Numbered from the stretch's first letter, positions 9,286 to 18,928 are shown. The stretch: 64,000 bases of DNA from Acidimicrobiales bacterium (GCA_049966695.1 JBMFUG010000001.1:23184-87183); one strand, 5' to 3'. Notes: a model not told the origin generated them from the letters alone. A program made the numbers and translations.

Positions 9286-10598
9286 AAGCCGCGCCCTGCC
9301 ATGGCCAGTAGCTGGTGAAAAGCAGTGTAGTTAGCAACTACGTCCACTGCGCTGGCGGCTCGAGCCCCCTCTGCGCCCGCCGTCTTCAGCGCCTGGCCCA
9401 AGTCAGGCACATGGACGTGGTCGACATCGGCGTAGTGGAGCCTTACCGCCAAGTCCAAGCCCCGTTCACCGCTCGCCACCACCAGGCGCCCGCGCAGCTG
9501 CTCGAACGCCACGTCCCAGAGCCAGGACGGGTCATGGCCGTCTGCGGTGCGTGCGTTGATAGCAATGACGACCGGCGAGGGCGGGGGATGGAGCATCCCG
9601 AAGACCTCGGCCCAACCCGCTGGGTTCTTGGCCAGTAGCAACCTGGCCAAGACAGGTCCCGCCCGCACGGTTGCATAACGGCCCGCTACGTCTTGTACCG
9701 CCGGCATGGCCTCCAGTGCTTGGGCAACTGGTCTCCCGCTGGCAACGGCCGCCGCCACGGCCATGGCCGCATTAGCTTGGTTGCACCGGCCTGGGAGGCT
9801 GAGCACAAGCGGGTAACGTTCGCCGCTTGCAAAAACGAGCTCGGCCCCAGCCGCGCCATCGTAAGCCAGCCAGATCTCCGGGGAAGGCCGGTGAAAACCG
9901 CACTCAGCGCATGCCCAGCCGGTACCGGCAGTCATGGCAGCCCCGGCTGAGGTCATGGCAGCCCCGGCAGCCCCCGTTGAGGTCATGGCGAAGCGGACTT
10001 GGCCACCACAAGCCGGGCAACCCGTGGCGTCGCCCTTCCACAGCAGCCCCGCACCCACCCAAACGGCACGCTCAGCCTTATAAGCCGCCCAAACTACCAA
10101 AGGGTCATCGGCATTGGCCACGACGAAGGCCGGCGAGGGCACCCCTTCGCACGCCCGTCGCCAGCGCTGGGCCACTTGGCGGACCTCATTGTTGCGGTCA
10201 AGTTGGTCCCGGCTCAGGTTGAGAAGCACCAAGCCGGAGGGGCGCACCTCTTCGGTCACGCTCTCCAGCCAAGCCTCGTCGACCTCTAGCACCGCGGGAG
10301 CGCTCGTTGGCCTCGCTCCCAGGGCGGTCACCAAACCGGTCGGCAAGTTCGCCCCCAGCACGTTCGTCACGACAGGGCCGCTCGCCGACAGCGAAGTTGC
10401 CAGCAACTTGGTGGTCGTGGTCTTGCCGTTTGTGCCCGAGACAAGGAGCACCTCGCGGCCAGCAGAGAGCCTCCGCAGAGCCTGGGGGTCGATAACAAGC
10501 ACGACATGGCCACCCACCACCGACCCCGAGCCGCGCCCGCTCCAGCGAGACAGCGCGCCTAGCACTTGGCCGGAACGAACCGCCAGCCTCGTCCGCAA
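9282..10598 (-). CDS. murT: Mur-ligase-family lipid II isoglutaminyl synthase subunit MurT
   Basis: P-loop SGTNGKTTTTKL. Zinc ribbon CPACG...CAECG. TTG start. Confidence 0.8.
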   Translation of the reverse strand: MRTRLAVRSGQVLGALSRWSGRGSGSVVGGHVVLVIDPQALRRLSAGREVLLVSGTNGKTTTTKLLATSLSASGPVVTNVLGANLPTGLVTALGARPTSAPAVLEVDEAWLESVTEEVRPSGLVLLNLSRDQLDRNNEVRQVAQRWRRACEGVPSPAFVVANADDPLVVWAAYKAERAVWVGAGLLWKGDATGCPACGGQVRFAMTSTGAAGAAMTSAGAAMTAGTGWACAECGFHRPSPEIWLAYDGAAGAELVFASGERYPLVLSLPGRCNQANAAMAVAAAVASGRPVAQALEAMPAVQDVAGRYATVRAGPVLARLLLAKNPAGWAEVFGMLHPPPSPVVIAINARTADGHDPSWLWDVAFEQLRGRLVVASGERGLDLAVRLHYADVDHVHVPDLGQALKTAGAEGARAASAVDVVANYTAFHQLLAMAGRGL

Positions 10599-10618
10599 CG
10601 GCCAAGGACGAGGACGAA

Positions 10619-10647
10619 GGCCCGACCCCTTCGAGGGGTCTTGGGCC
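10619..10647 (-). terminator. GC-rich hairpin between the T4SS ATPase gene and murT
   Basis: ggccc-GACCCC-ttcga-GGGGTC-tt-gggcc. No U tract. Confidence 0.3.
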
Positions 10648-10838
10648 TGGGGCCGCGAACGGCCGAGAGGGCTTGGGGCTGCGAGCTCGGTACCGATAAC
10701 CGCAGGTTAGCGCCCGTGCCGCTCCAAGCACCCAGCCCTCGGCACAAGCGGAGGGGCCTCAGCGCATGGCACGGCAGGATAGGGGCCGGGCGGGCGTCGT
10801 CGCCCACCACCCAGCCATCGCTACAAGCGGAGGGGGCG

Positions 10839-12113
10839 TCAGCGCATAGCGGAATCGGTATCTGTCAAAGCCAGCTCTTTGGGGGAAAGGTCGTGCTCTA
10901 CAAGGTAGGAACGGGAGCCGACTTTCCAAAGCGCCACACCCCGGGGCAACTGGCCAAGCAGCTCGACCTCAGTGCCGGACAGCCCGAGCAGCCGGCCCGC
11001 TTGTTCAGCGTCTGCGGCTGCCTGGCCAAAGACCACCCGGGTTTCAGCGTCAGAAAGCAAGCCCACGGCCAGCCGCTCCTGCTGGGAACCCTCCCGACCT
11101 GCAGCCCGGAGGTCGGAAAGGCGGTGCACTACCGCGATGTTGGCCACCCCGTAGGACCTTGAAAGCTTGAAGGTCGCCCGTAGCCACTCGGCCGTCTCCA
11201 GCTGGCTGAGCAGCGCCCAGGCCTCGTCTAGTACCAAAAGGCGCTTCGCCGTTCGGCCACTGTCCCGTGACAACAGGGCGCTTTGCAACCAAGACATCGC
11301 ACAGACCATGAGCAGGCCCAAAGCGGGGGAGCCGTAGATGAGCGACAGGTCGAGCACCACAAGCCGTCCCCCCAAGTCGGTACCGGGCGTGGTTTCTCCG
11401 TCGAACATCCCGGCCAAGTCGCCCTGCACCAGGCGCCGCAGCTCCAAGGCGAGCTGGCGGCCGTCCTGGCGCAAACCTTGCGCATCGGTCCCGAGCAAGC
11501 GAGCCTGGCTTTCCTCGGGGTTGAGCAGAGCCTCGGCGACAAGGGGAAGGGTCGGGACGCGAGCACGTGCCTCGGCTGCACCGAGCGCTACGTCCGCGGC
11601 GGCTCGCTCTTCGGGGAGCAAAGCCCTACCAAGCGAGCTGGCCAACAGGGCTGCCAACAGCTCGCACCGGCCTTGGTGGCCCCGCCCCGCGTCGGTGGGG
11701 GCGGCGTCAAACGGGTTGAGGCGCAGCCCAGCACCTGGGCCGATCTTAAGTGGGACCGTGCCGCAGGCGGCCGCGAGCCCTCCGTACTCACCCTTGGGGT
11801 CGAGGACCCAGCACTGGCGCCCAAAGGCAAGCTGGCGCCAAATGAAGCTCTTCACGAAGGCCGACTTGCCCCTCCCGATCTGGCCCATCACCACCATGTT
11901 CGGGCCCGTCAGCACGCCTGCCTCGTAGCATTCCCATGGGTCGAAGCAAAACGCGCTACCAGTCGCCTCACGGCCCAGGTAACAGGTTTGAGCGCCGAGC
12001 GGTTCGGGGGCAACGAAGGGGTAAATGGAGCGCACTTCGGCCGTGGTGGCCCGGTGTGCTGGGGGTAACCCCCTGCGCCTGGTCACACGCCCCGCCCGAA
12101 CGGCATAGCCCAT
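10839..12113 (-). CDS. VirB4/TraC-like conjugation ATPase (C-terminal ATPase module)
   Basis: Walker A GQIGRGKSAF, Walker B LLVLDEAWALL, and RSYGVANIAVVHRLSDL. Confidence 0.7.
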   Translation of the reverse strand: MGYAVRAGRVTRRRGLPPAHRATTAEVRSIYPFVAPEPLGAQTCYLGREATGSAFCFDPWECYEAGVLTGPNMVVMGQIGRGKSAFVKSFIWRQLAFGRQCWVLDPKGEYGGLAAACGTVPLKIGPGAGLRLNPFDAAPTDAGRGHQGRCELLAALLASSLGRALLPEERAAADVALGAAEARARVPTLPLVAEALLNPEESQARLLGTDAQGLRQDGRQLALELRRLVQGDLAGMFDGETTPGTDLGGRLVVLDLSLIYGSPALGLLMVCAMSWLQSALLSRDSGRTAKRLLVLDEAWALLSQLETAEWLRATFKLSRSYGVANIAVVHRLSDLRAAGREGSQQERLAVGLLSDAETRVVFGQAAADAEQAGRLLGLSGTEVELLGQLPRGVALWKVGSRSYLVEHDLSPKELALTDTDSAMR

Positions 12114-13471
12114 GCCAAGGCCTCTTTTTGCTGGCCGTACAAGCAGCGCAAGCAGAGCCTCGCTGCTGAGGCCGCCCTCTCCAGCTGGGCACCCGCCTTG
12201 TCCAGGCCCGCCTCGTCACTAGCGGAAATAGTGACATAGCCAGCGAGCTCGAAGGCTCCCCTGCCGTCGGCCAACAGGGCCTCTCGGCTCTCCAACGCCT
12301 CCGCCTTGCGGCGCTGCCGGGCCGTCTCGAGGAAGCCCCCCTGGGAACGCAGCTGCGAGTCCGCCAGCTGCGCTACTCGAGACGACTCGGCCTCCCTGGC
12401 TGCCCGCTCTGGTGGGACCGGCGCCATGACGACCGAAAAGGCGCGGCTGCCCTCACTAAGCAATAGTGGGCTCAGGAAATCCGGGCCCACATGGCTACGT
12501 GGCCATTCCGCCACCCAGTAAGTCCGGTGCCATAAGCCGTCGACGCGCAGCGCGCTCCAATGTTCGTCGGTTACAAGCGGCCACTGGTAAGCGCCGGGGT
12601 GACATCGCCGAACAGGCCCGAGGAACGCCCCGACGGCAGCCGCAATGCCAGCGGCGTCAAGCGCCGGTTCGCAAGCGAAACCAGCACCGCGAAGCTGGGA
12701 CCGCAAAGACGTGACCTCGTTTAGCAGGACCTCCAAGCCGTTCTGGCCACGCTTGCCGAGGCTGCCGTGCCAACGCACGGCCACCACAAGCAGGGTTTCG
12801 TGGCGCCACGACTTGGCGGCCTCGACGAGGCCTACGTGGTCCTGGTAGCTCGGGCTGCCCGGGTCACCTGCTTCCTCGAGACGGCGGAGCAAAGGCCCGT
12901 TATCGCCAGGGAGGTTCCGCTGGCACCACTGCAGACGGGCAAGCGAGCCGCTCTGGCTCGTCAGGGACTCGAGCACCGAAGCCCACGACGCCAACCTCTG
13001 TTGTTTGCCCTGCTCGTCCAAAAGACAAAACGCAGCACCGCGCGCCCGCAGCAGCGCTGCAGCCGTACCGTAGCGTTCGTCCAATAGCACGCCCAAGGCG
13101 CTCGGCCCCAAGCGCGCTTCGAGCTCAACGAGCTTGAGCCCTGGTGCAAGCAGCTTGGCCATTGCAAATTGCGGCCTTGCAAGAGCCAAGCCCGGCGGTG
13201 CTTGGGCCGCCGAACGAGGCCGGGCCAAAAACCGCGCTCCCAAAGCAAGCCAGGACATCAACGGCTTGCCCGCCACGGGACGGCACAGCAACGCCCCAAG
13301 CCCGATCACGCCGAGCGCTCCCACGGCACCGTCAGCGCCGTGGCCCCCGCTCAGCAAGCCGAGAGCGACCAACGCCGCCGAGGCGAGCACAGCGACCTGG
13401 GCGGCACTGAGCCCGAGCACCAAGCCCCCGCGCTCCAGAGGCTCGAAGCGGTAGCGGGCACCCTCAAGCAT
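12083..13471 (-). CDS. T4SS membrane-anchored partner protein (SCO6880-like, VirB3/VirB4 N-terminal-like)
   Basis: N-terminal RYRFEPLERGGLVLGLSAAQVAVLASAAL TM hairpin. Overlaps the ATPase gene by 31 nt. The family name is recalled from memory. Confidence 0.45.
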   Translation of the reverse strand: MLEGARYRFEPLERGGLVLGLSAAQVAVLASAALVALGLLSGGHGADGAVGALGVIGLGALLCRPVAGKPLMSWLALGARFLARPRSAAQAPPGLALARPQFAMAKLLAPGLKLVELEARLGPSALGVLLDERYGTAAALLRARGAAFCLLDEQGKQQRLASWASVLESLTSQSGSLARLQWCQRNLPGDNGPLLRRLEEAGDPGSPSYQDHVGLVEAAKSWRHETLLVVAVRWHGSLGKRGQNGLEVLLNEVTSLRSQLRGAGFACEPALDAAGIAAAVGAFLGPVRRCHPGAYQWPLVTDEHWSALRVDGLWHRTYWVAEWPRSHVGPDFLSPLLLSEGSRAFSVVMAPVPPERAAREAESSRVAQLADSQLRSQGGFLETARQRRKAEALESREALLADGRGAFELAGYVTISASDEAGLDKAGAQLERAASAARLCLRCLYGQQKEALAWAMPFGRGV

Positions 13472-14528
13472 CGCTCACCCGTGCGCTACCAGCATCGCCC
13501 GAGGGACTTCGAGCTGGGCCAAGGGGGTCGCCCCCGTTTGACACTTTGGCCAGCAACGTGCCAGTGAGGACGCTCGCCTCCCCTCCGACCGGGGCGGCAG
13601 CGCTAGAGCCTTTGACATCAGCCAGTTTTGACATCGCCATTTGCACAGCTCGTTCGGCCCCGTGGAAAGGCCCGCGTGACAGCTCGTGCAGGTGCGCTAT
13701 CGTCGCCACCTCGACCACGGGGACAAGCTTGAGCACGGCCACGGGAGCGAACGCTGCAACAAGCAAGATGGCAATGCCTGTGACTAAGGTGCCAACACCG
13801 CCTTGGCCAGTTGTCAGGCTGTGAGCACCCAGGCACAGAGCGCCGACGATCACCGGTTTGGCCAGGAGCAGAGCGACGAGCACTTCGAGCAGCCTCTTGG
13901 CCCAGTGGGCGGTCGCTGGCCAAATGAGCCCCGCCAGCGCAAGCGGCATGAACAAGACAGCTAGCTCGATGGCTGCCGCCCGCAGGGCCAGCTCCACCCA
14001 GATCACTAAGGCTCCTGCCATGAAAACGAGGGAGAAGAACACGGTAGCTGGCCCGCTCGTGACCAGTTGGACGATGGCCTGTGGCACCAAAGCCAAGTAC
14101 AGCCCGTGCAGGTTTGGGCTGACAGCCCTTTGGACCTCCTGGGAAAGCGCGTCTGTGACCTGGAGGCCGAGGTTGGTCAGGTCGACTACGAGGAAGCCCC
14201 CAAAAAACGCCAATGGCAAGCATGCGAACCAGGCACGAGCAAGCCGGCGCATGTCCTGGCGCAACAAGGCGCCAATGGTGGCAGCGAAAAGAAGGGGCGC
14301 CACCACCAGCTCCTCGACTGGCAGCATCTTGCCCATAGCCGACAAGAACCAGGGCTCGGTCACAGCCGGCGCCGTCGAGGCGGTCATGGCCTGGCCGATG
14401 ACGTTGCTCGTCATCCACACAGCACCGTGGGCTAGCCACTTGGCTAAGAACCCGAAGAAAGCACTGACGATTTTGCCGACCAGCACGCTCGTCGGCACCG
14501 TTACAGGTAGCCCTATAGGCGCCGGCAT
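13464..14528 (-). CDS. Polytopic membrane protein (VirB6/TrbL-like role)
   Basis: About 7-8 TM helices. The start is moved to the ATG at 14528, which forms a TGATG stop/start overlap with the upstream small gene. The tracked ORF extends to 14675. Confidence 0.5.
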   Translation of the reverse strand: MPAPIGLPVTVPTSVLVGKIVSAFFGFLAKWLAHGAVWMTSNVIGQAMTASTAPAVTEPWFLSAMGKMLPVEELVVAPLLFAATIGALLRQDMRRLARAWFACLPLAFFGGFLVVDLTNLGLQVTDALSQEVQRAVSPNLHGLYLALVPQAIVQLVTSGPATVFFSLVFMAGALVIWVELALRAAAIELAVLFMPLALAGLIWPATAHWAKRLLEVLVALLLAKPVIVGALCLGAHSLTTGQGGVGTLVTGIAILLVAAFAPVAVLKLVPVVEVATIAHLHELSRGPFHGAERAVQMAMSKLADVKGSSAAAPVGGEASVLTGTLLAKVSNGGDPLGPARSPSGDAGSARVSDA

Positions 14529-14845
14529 CAGTGGAGGTTCTGGCCTTGGGTATAGAAAAAGCTGACCAAGTACGGCCCGGCCCCCACCAGCAAAGCGGCG
14601 ACGCCCGAGACGATGACGCCCTTCCTCCCGTTGTAAGACTGCTGGTAGTTGTGGGAAAAGTGCCCGAAGGCCCATATGACACCGCCGGCGAAAATGCCGA
14701 CTATCGAGGCCAGGAGGGCCCAGTGGCCTATACCACTGGCCAAGCTCTCAAGGGTCGAGCTGCCGGGGAGGTCACCCGTCTGCGACGGGTCGACGGTGAT
14801 GTTGGTCGAGCTCGCAGCGACCAGGTAGGCGAGCAACGAGCGCAT
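14528..14845 (-). CDS. Small membrane protein (possible pilin/VirB2-like)
   Basis: 105 aa with signal-like N-terminus plus 2 TM helices. SD AAGGAG lies 7 nt upstream of the ATG. Confidence 0.45.
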   Translation of the reverse strand: MRSLLAYLVAASSTNITVDPSQTGDLPGSSTLESLASGIGHWALLASIVGIFAGGVIWAFGHFSHNYQQSYNGRKGVIVSGVAALLVGAGPYLVSFFYTQGQNLH

Positions 14846-14877
14846 AGCGGCTCCTTACGTGTGCAGGTCCAGTGACG

Positions 14878-14915
14878 GGGCGCTAGCCCGATGGAGGGGC
14901 GCCAGCCCGATGGAG
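14878..14915. repeat. Tandem 19-nt direct repeat gggcgc(t/c)agcccgatggag x2
   Basis: Read directly at 14878-14896 and 14897-14915, in the divergent intergenic region between the T4SS operon and the relaxase gene. Confidence 0.8.
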
Positions 14916-14997
14916 CAGGCCGGTGCCTGCGAGCGGCACAGTGGCAACCGACTTGCCCTTTCCATATCTTTACATGTGTTTGATAGAGTTTCAAGTG

Positions 14998-17619
14998 ATG
15001 TTAGTCCTTAGCGCCATATCCGCTTCTAGCGTGCCCTATTGGTCGCGCACGGCGGCCCACAGCACTTGGCTGGGCGAAGGTGCCCACGCCCTCGGGTTGA
15101 CGGGCGAAGTCGGCTGTGACGACCTTCGCCAAGTCCTTTTGGGCCGCTCTCCAGGTGGTGGCCCACTGGTGCCCCGGCCTAGCTCGCGACGGCGTCACGG
15201 CTGGGACATGGTGCTCGCCGCTCCCAAGTCCGTCTCCCTCCTTGCAGCCACGCTCAGCCCGGCTCCTGCACAGGAGGTGCGAGAGGCCTTCCGCCAAGCG
15301 GTCACAGACACAGTGGCACTGGCACAACAGCGCGCCGTTAAGTTACGACGGGCTGGTCGCCAGGTACCGGGCCAAGCAGTCGTAGCTGCCTTCGAGCATT
15401 TGGAAAGCAATGCCGGGGATCCTCACCTGCACTGCCATGCAGTGCTCGCCAACCTGGGCTTTTGCCCCGAGATTGGGTGGGGGTGCCTGGTACAAGGACC
15501 GTTGTGGCTCTGGCGCGAAGCACTGGGAGCTGGGTTCCAGCTGGCATTGCGAGAAAGGCTGCGCGAGACGGGCCTCGGCTTTAGCTGGCGCCTGTCACCA
15601 GGTGGCCTGGGCGAGTTGACAAGCGTCCCAGAGGAGGCCATAAGAGCCTCCAGCTCACGCTCTCTGGCAGTGCTGGCTGAGAGCCGTTCGTTCGGGGCAG
15701 CTTCCAGTGCCTCAAGCCGGGTAGCCCAAGGCGCGACACGGCCGTCCGCGTCCCAGCGCTCGCACCAGGGCCGCCTATCGGGCACGCCACAAGCCAGCAG
15801 CCTCAGCGAGAAAATTGTCCGAGCCGCCAGGGACCAGCCCGCCCAACCGTCGCCTCCACCATCTGACCAGCTTGTGACCAAAGCCCTAGCCGCTCGGGCT
15901 TCTAACTTCAAAGAGCCGGACGTCCTCGTAGCCCTCGCCGAGACCAGCACGTGCCTTAACTTGCCAGAGGCCGCAGCCTGGTCCTCTCAGTGGTGCGCGG
16001 CTCAACGCCTCGCTACGAGTAGCCAACAAGGCAAGGGCCTTCGCACGAGCGCTTTCGCCGACGCTTTGGACCGCCACGTCTTCGACGCCGCGTTCGAGGC
16101 GCGTTTGGCCCATATGGCCCAAGTGGACCGCCACCTGGCCGGACAACAGCTGGAGTCGCTCGGTGCCCACGGCCCCATAGCCGTGGCGGCTGCCCAGCTG
16201 GCCTGCGGGGGCGAGGGCGTGGCTGTCGTCCCACGAGCGCCCTGGCTGGCCCAAGCAGCGTGCATCGACGCTGCCCGCAGCACCTGGCAAGCAGCCGGCT
16301 TCGCTGTAGAGGTGATGGTGCCTACCGACATCGCCGCACTTCGCTGGCGGCCCCTCACTTCGCTGCGCCCAACGGACACGGTCGGGGGGTGGGACCGGGG
16401 GCGCACACGCCAACGAGTGCTGGTAGTCGACGCGGCGGACCATCTCAGCCCCCTTGCGCTAGCCAAATTGGTAGACGAAGCAGGAGCCAGCACTACCAAG
16501 CTCGTCCTTGTGGTAGGCGGCACCCAGCCCGGCCGAGGCCCGTGCCTTTCTAGCTCCCTGGACAGGCTGCAAGATGAGCTCGCCCAAGGTGCACTTCATG
16601 AGCTCCCCGAACCAGGACAGCTTTTAGCCGCCGGGCCCACCGGCGGCTTTTCGCTTGCTACGGGCCAATTGCCAGCGAACCCCGGCATTTCAGTCCCAGG
16701 GATCGGCGTCAGTGGTGCCTTTACAGGCATGGACGCTATAGCCCACTTGACTGCGGCCTGGCGCTCCCAGGGCGGTCGAGCCGTCATGGTCGCCTATGGC
16801 CCCCCTGAAGCCGAAGCCCTCAACGTGCTAGCACGCTCGGCCTTGCTGGCAACAGGAGCCTTAGGGAACGGCACAGTGCTTGCGCGCCAAGCTCCTCACG
16901 GCTACCAGCCCGATGCGCTGAAGGCGAGCCTGCCAACGGGCCGACCGCCGGTTGTCCGCTTAGGCTCCCGCGAGTACGCGCTTGGTGAGAAGGTCATGGC
17001 CCTTAGGCGCTTCGGGACAGTCCGTGCAGCGACGTGGGGCAGCGTCGTGGCGCTCGGGAGGGCCTCTGTGACCGTAGAGTGGAGCAGCGTGCGTGGACCA
17101 GCCCGTTCGGAGGTGGGGCCAGAGCAGGCAGCCTCTTTGGGGTACGGTTACGCTACGACGGTCCCCTACCTGAAGGCCTGGGCCGGCCGAGGCACTGCGC
17201 CCAGTCTGAAAGCCAGCCAAGAACAGGGCCGCCAGGCCAAGCTCCTGGTACTAGGCGACCCACTGGGACTTGGGAGCGTGCACCGCCACGTTGCGGCTGC
17301 CTGGGTCGCTGTTGCTTCGCCCACCGCACTTGCTCTTTGCAGACCGGGTGCCCGGCAGCGGGCGGGCGCTGGAGAGCTGGCCGTGAGCTGGCCAGACGAA
17401 GAAATGTTGCAGCGCGCCGGGCCGCGGCCGCTCAGCCGTGCGTCGCGTCAACACTGGGAACGGGAAGTGGCACATTATGCCCACCAACGCGTGAACGGGC
17501 TGGTGCTGGGCCGACCGCTTTCACCCGGGCTCAGCCGCTCGCCATCCTCCGGCCTGGGCAACCAGCTTTCTCCCCTCGCGCGCCGAGCCGGGCCGCCCCG
17601 GGCCCTGTCGCTTCGGTGA
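14998..17619 (+). CDS. MobF/TrwC-family conjugative relaxase with degenerate helicase-like C-terminal half
   Basis: N-terminal MLVLSAISASSVPYW and metal motif HLESNAGDPHLHCHAVLANL. No GK[ST] P-loop anywhere in the 873 aa. Start moved to ATG 14998. Confidence 0.75.
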   Translation: MLVLSAISASSVPYWSRTAAHSTWLGEGAHALGLTGEVGCDDLRQVLLGRSPGGGPLVPRPSSRRRHGWDMVLAAPKSVSLLAATLSPAPAQEVREAFRQAVTDTVALAQQRAVKLRRAGRQVPGQAVVAAFEHLESNAGDPHLHCHAVLANLGFCPEIGWGCLVQGPLWLWREALGAGFQLALRERLRETGLGFSWRLSPGGLGELTSVPEEAIRASSSRSLAVLAESRSFGAASSASSRVAQGATRPSASQRSHQGRLSGTPQASSLSEKIVRAARDQPAQPSPPPSDQLVTKALAARASNFKEPDVLVALAETSTCLNLPEAAAWSSQWCAAQRLATSSQQGKGLRTSAFADALDRHVFDAAFEARLAHMAQVDRHLAGQQLESLGAHGPIAVAAAQLACGGEGVAVVPRAPWLAQAACIDAARSTWQAAGFAVEVMVPTDIAALRWRPLTSLRPTDTVGGWDRGRTRQRVLVVDAADHLSPLALAKLVDEAGASTTKLVLVVGGTQPGRGPCLSSSLDRLQDELAQGALHELPEPGQLLAAGPTGGFSLATGQLPANPGISVPGIGVSGAFTGMDAIAHLTAAWRSQGGRAVMVAYGPPEAEALNVLARSALLATGALGNGTVLARQAPHGYQPDALKASLPTGRPPVVRLGSREYALGEKVMALRRFGTVRAATWGSVVALGRASVTVEWSSVRGPARSEVGPEQAASLGYGYATTVPYLKAWAGRGTAPSLKASQEQGRQAKLLVLGDPLGLGSVHRHVAAAWVAVASPTALALCRPGARQRAGAGELAVSWPDEEMLQRAGPRPLSRASRQHWEREVAHYAHQRVNGLVLGRPLSPGLSRSPSSGLGNQLSPLARRAGPPRALSLR

Positions 17620-17647
17620 GCTCGCCTGGGCACTGGAGCGAGCGCTT

Positions 17648-18928
17648 TTGTGCGCTCTGGCTGGGGAGGTGAGCGCGCCTCTGCCTAGCCACGGGCGCGA
17701 AGATGCCCGAGTGGGCTGGCTGAAGGCACTTCGGCGCTACTGGAGGCCGCTTCGTGCCGTCGTTGGCCTGGCCCTGGTGGGAGTGGCAGTCTGGGCGTTG
17801 ACGGGCAAGTCCAGCGAGCTGTCGGGCGCGACCACGTTCCTGGAGAACCCGCACTGGGGCTGGCTTGTCCTGGCTGCCGGTGCAGAACTGGCCTCTTTTA
17901 TGGCAGCGGCTGCCCTGCAAATGGTCTTGTTGAAAGCGGGCGAAGTCCACGTTCGCCTCCGCAAGCTCACTGCGGTCACCTTCGCAAGCAACTCTGTGCA
18001 AGCGGCACTCCCAGTAGGAGCAGCTTTCGCGGGCTTGTACCTCTTCCGCCAGTACCAGTTCCTGGGTGCAGACGAGATATTGGCTGGGTGGGTGGTGATA
18101 GCGACTTCCATGGTCGCGTTCGCGGTCATAGCGGGCCTGGCAGGCGTGGCGCTCTCCTTGGCAGCCTCCACCGGTACCACGTTCGACCTTGTCGGGGTGA
18201 TCGTCGGGGTCGTGGCATTAGCCATGGTGGCGGTCGCCGTCTGGGCCAACAGGGCCCGCCTCTACGAACCCGCAGCCCGGGCTGTGAGCGCCCTCGAAAG
18301 GGCCCTTCACCGCCCCGCCGGCCAGCTAAGGGGGCCTTTGCACGTCGGTTTCGAGCGGGTGCGCACCATTGCCCCGACCCGTAGAGAGTGGACAGAGGCT
18401 TGGGTGGCGAGCTTGGTCAACTGGCTGGCCGACTGCAGCGCACTGGGTTTTGCGTTCCTGGCAGTTGGAGGCGGTGTCCCATGGCGGGGGCTTCTGCTTG
18501 CCTACTGCGGCGCGCAGCTGGCCACGCTCCTGCCAGTCACGCCCGGCGGCCTCGGTGTCGTGGAGGGCAGCCTTACCGTGGCATTGGTCGCGTTCGGCGG
18601 GGGCAAGGCGACGACGGTCGCTGCTGTACTGTTTTACAGGCTCTTTAGCTTTTGGGTGCCCCTGCCGGTGGGTGCCGCTTGTTACCTAGGCCTGTCGCAC
18701 GTCCGTCGTCGGGCCCTTCGGCCGGGTGGCGCAACGTCGCCAGGCGGCCCGGTCCCCGCTACTGGCCAAAGCGCTCGTCCTGGGGCACCTACTGCCACAG
18801 GGACAGCTAACTACGCCGCCCAGCCCACCGGGACCGCTAACGCCGCGCTTGCAGGTAGTGGCACCGAAAAGCACTCCGGGGCCGGCAATGCCGCGCTGGC
18901 AGGTGGGACTGGAGAGGGGGCATCATGA
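17648..18928 (+). CDS. Flippase-like / lysylphosphatidylglycerol-synthase TM-region family membrane protein (UPF0104)
   Basis: About 8 TM helices and the LLPVTPGGLGVVEGSL motif. Ala/Gly/Thr-rich repetitive C-terminal tail. Confidence 0.6.
   Translation: MCALAGEVSAPLPSHGREDARVGWLKALRRYWRPLRAVVGLALVGVAVWALTGKSSELSGATTFLENPHWGWLVLAAGAELASFMAAAALQMVLLKAGEVHVRLRKLTAVTFASNSVQAALPVGAAFAGLYLFRQYQFLGADEILAGWVVIATSMVAFAVIAGLAGVALSLAASTGTTFDLVGVIVGVVALAMVAVAVWANRARLYEPAARAVSALERALHRPAGQLRGPLHVGFERVRTIAPTRREWTEAWVASLVNWLADCSALGFAFLAVGGGVPWRGLLLAYCGAQLATLLPVTPGGLGVVEGSLTVALVAFGGGKATTVAAVLFYRLFSFWVPLPVGAACYLGLSHVRRRALRPGGATSPGGPVPATGQSARPGAPTATGTANYAAQPTGTANAALAGSGTEKHSGAGNAALAGGTGEGAS

Larger units (their letters stand above)
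10839..17619. mobile_element. Conjugative T4SS plus MobF relaxase module (ICE- or plasmid-derived, boundaries not visible)
   Basis: A four-gene T4SS-like operon is divergent from a TrwC-type relaxase gene. No integrase, coupling ATPase, tRNA or flanking direct repeats are visible in the window. Confidence 0.45.

Noticed and set aside
10744-10850. The 27-nt direct repeat near the ATPase gene end, considered as ICE attL/attR.
   Set aside because: The copies are only 79 bp apart and do not bracket the module. No integrase or tRNA is present.
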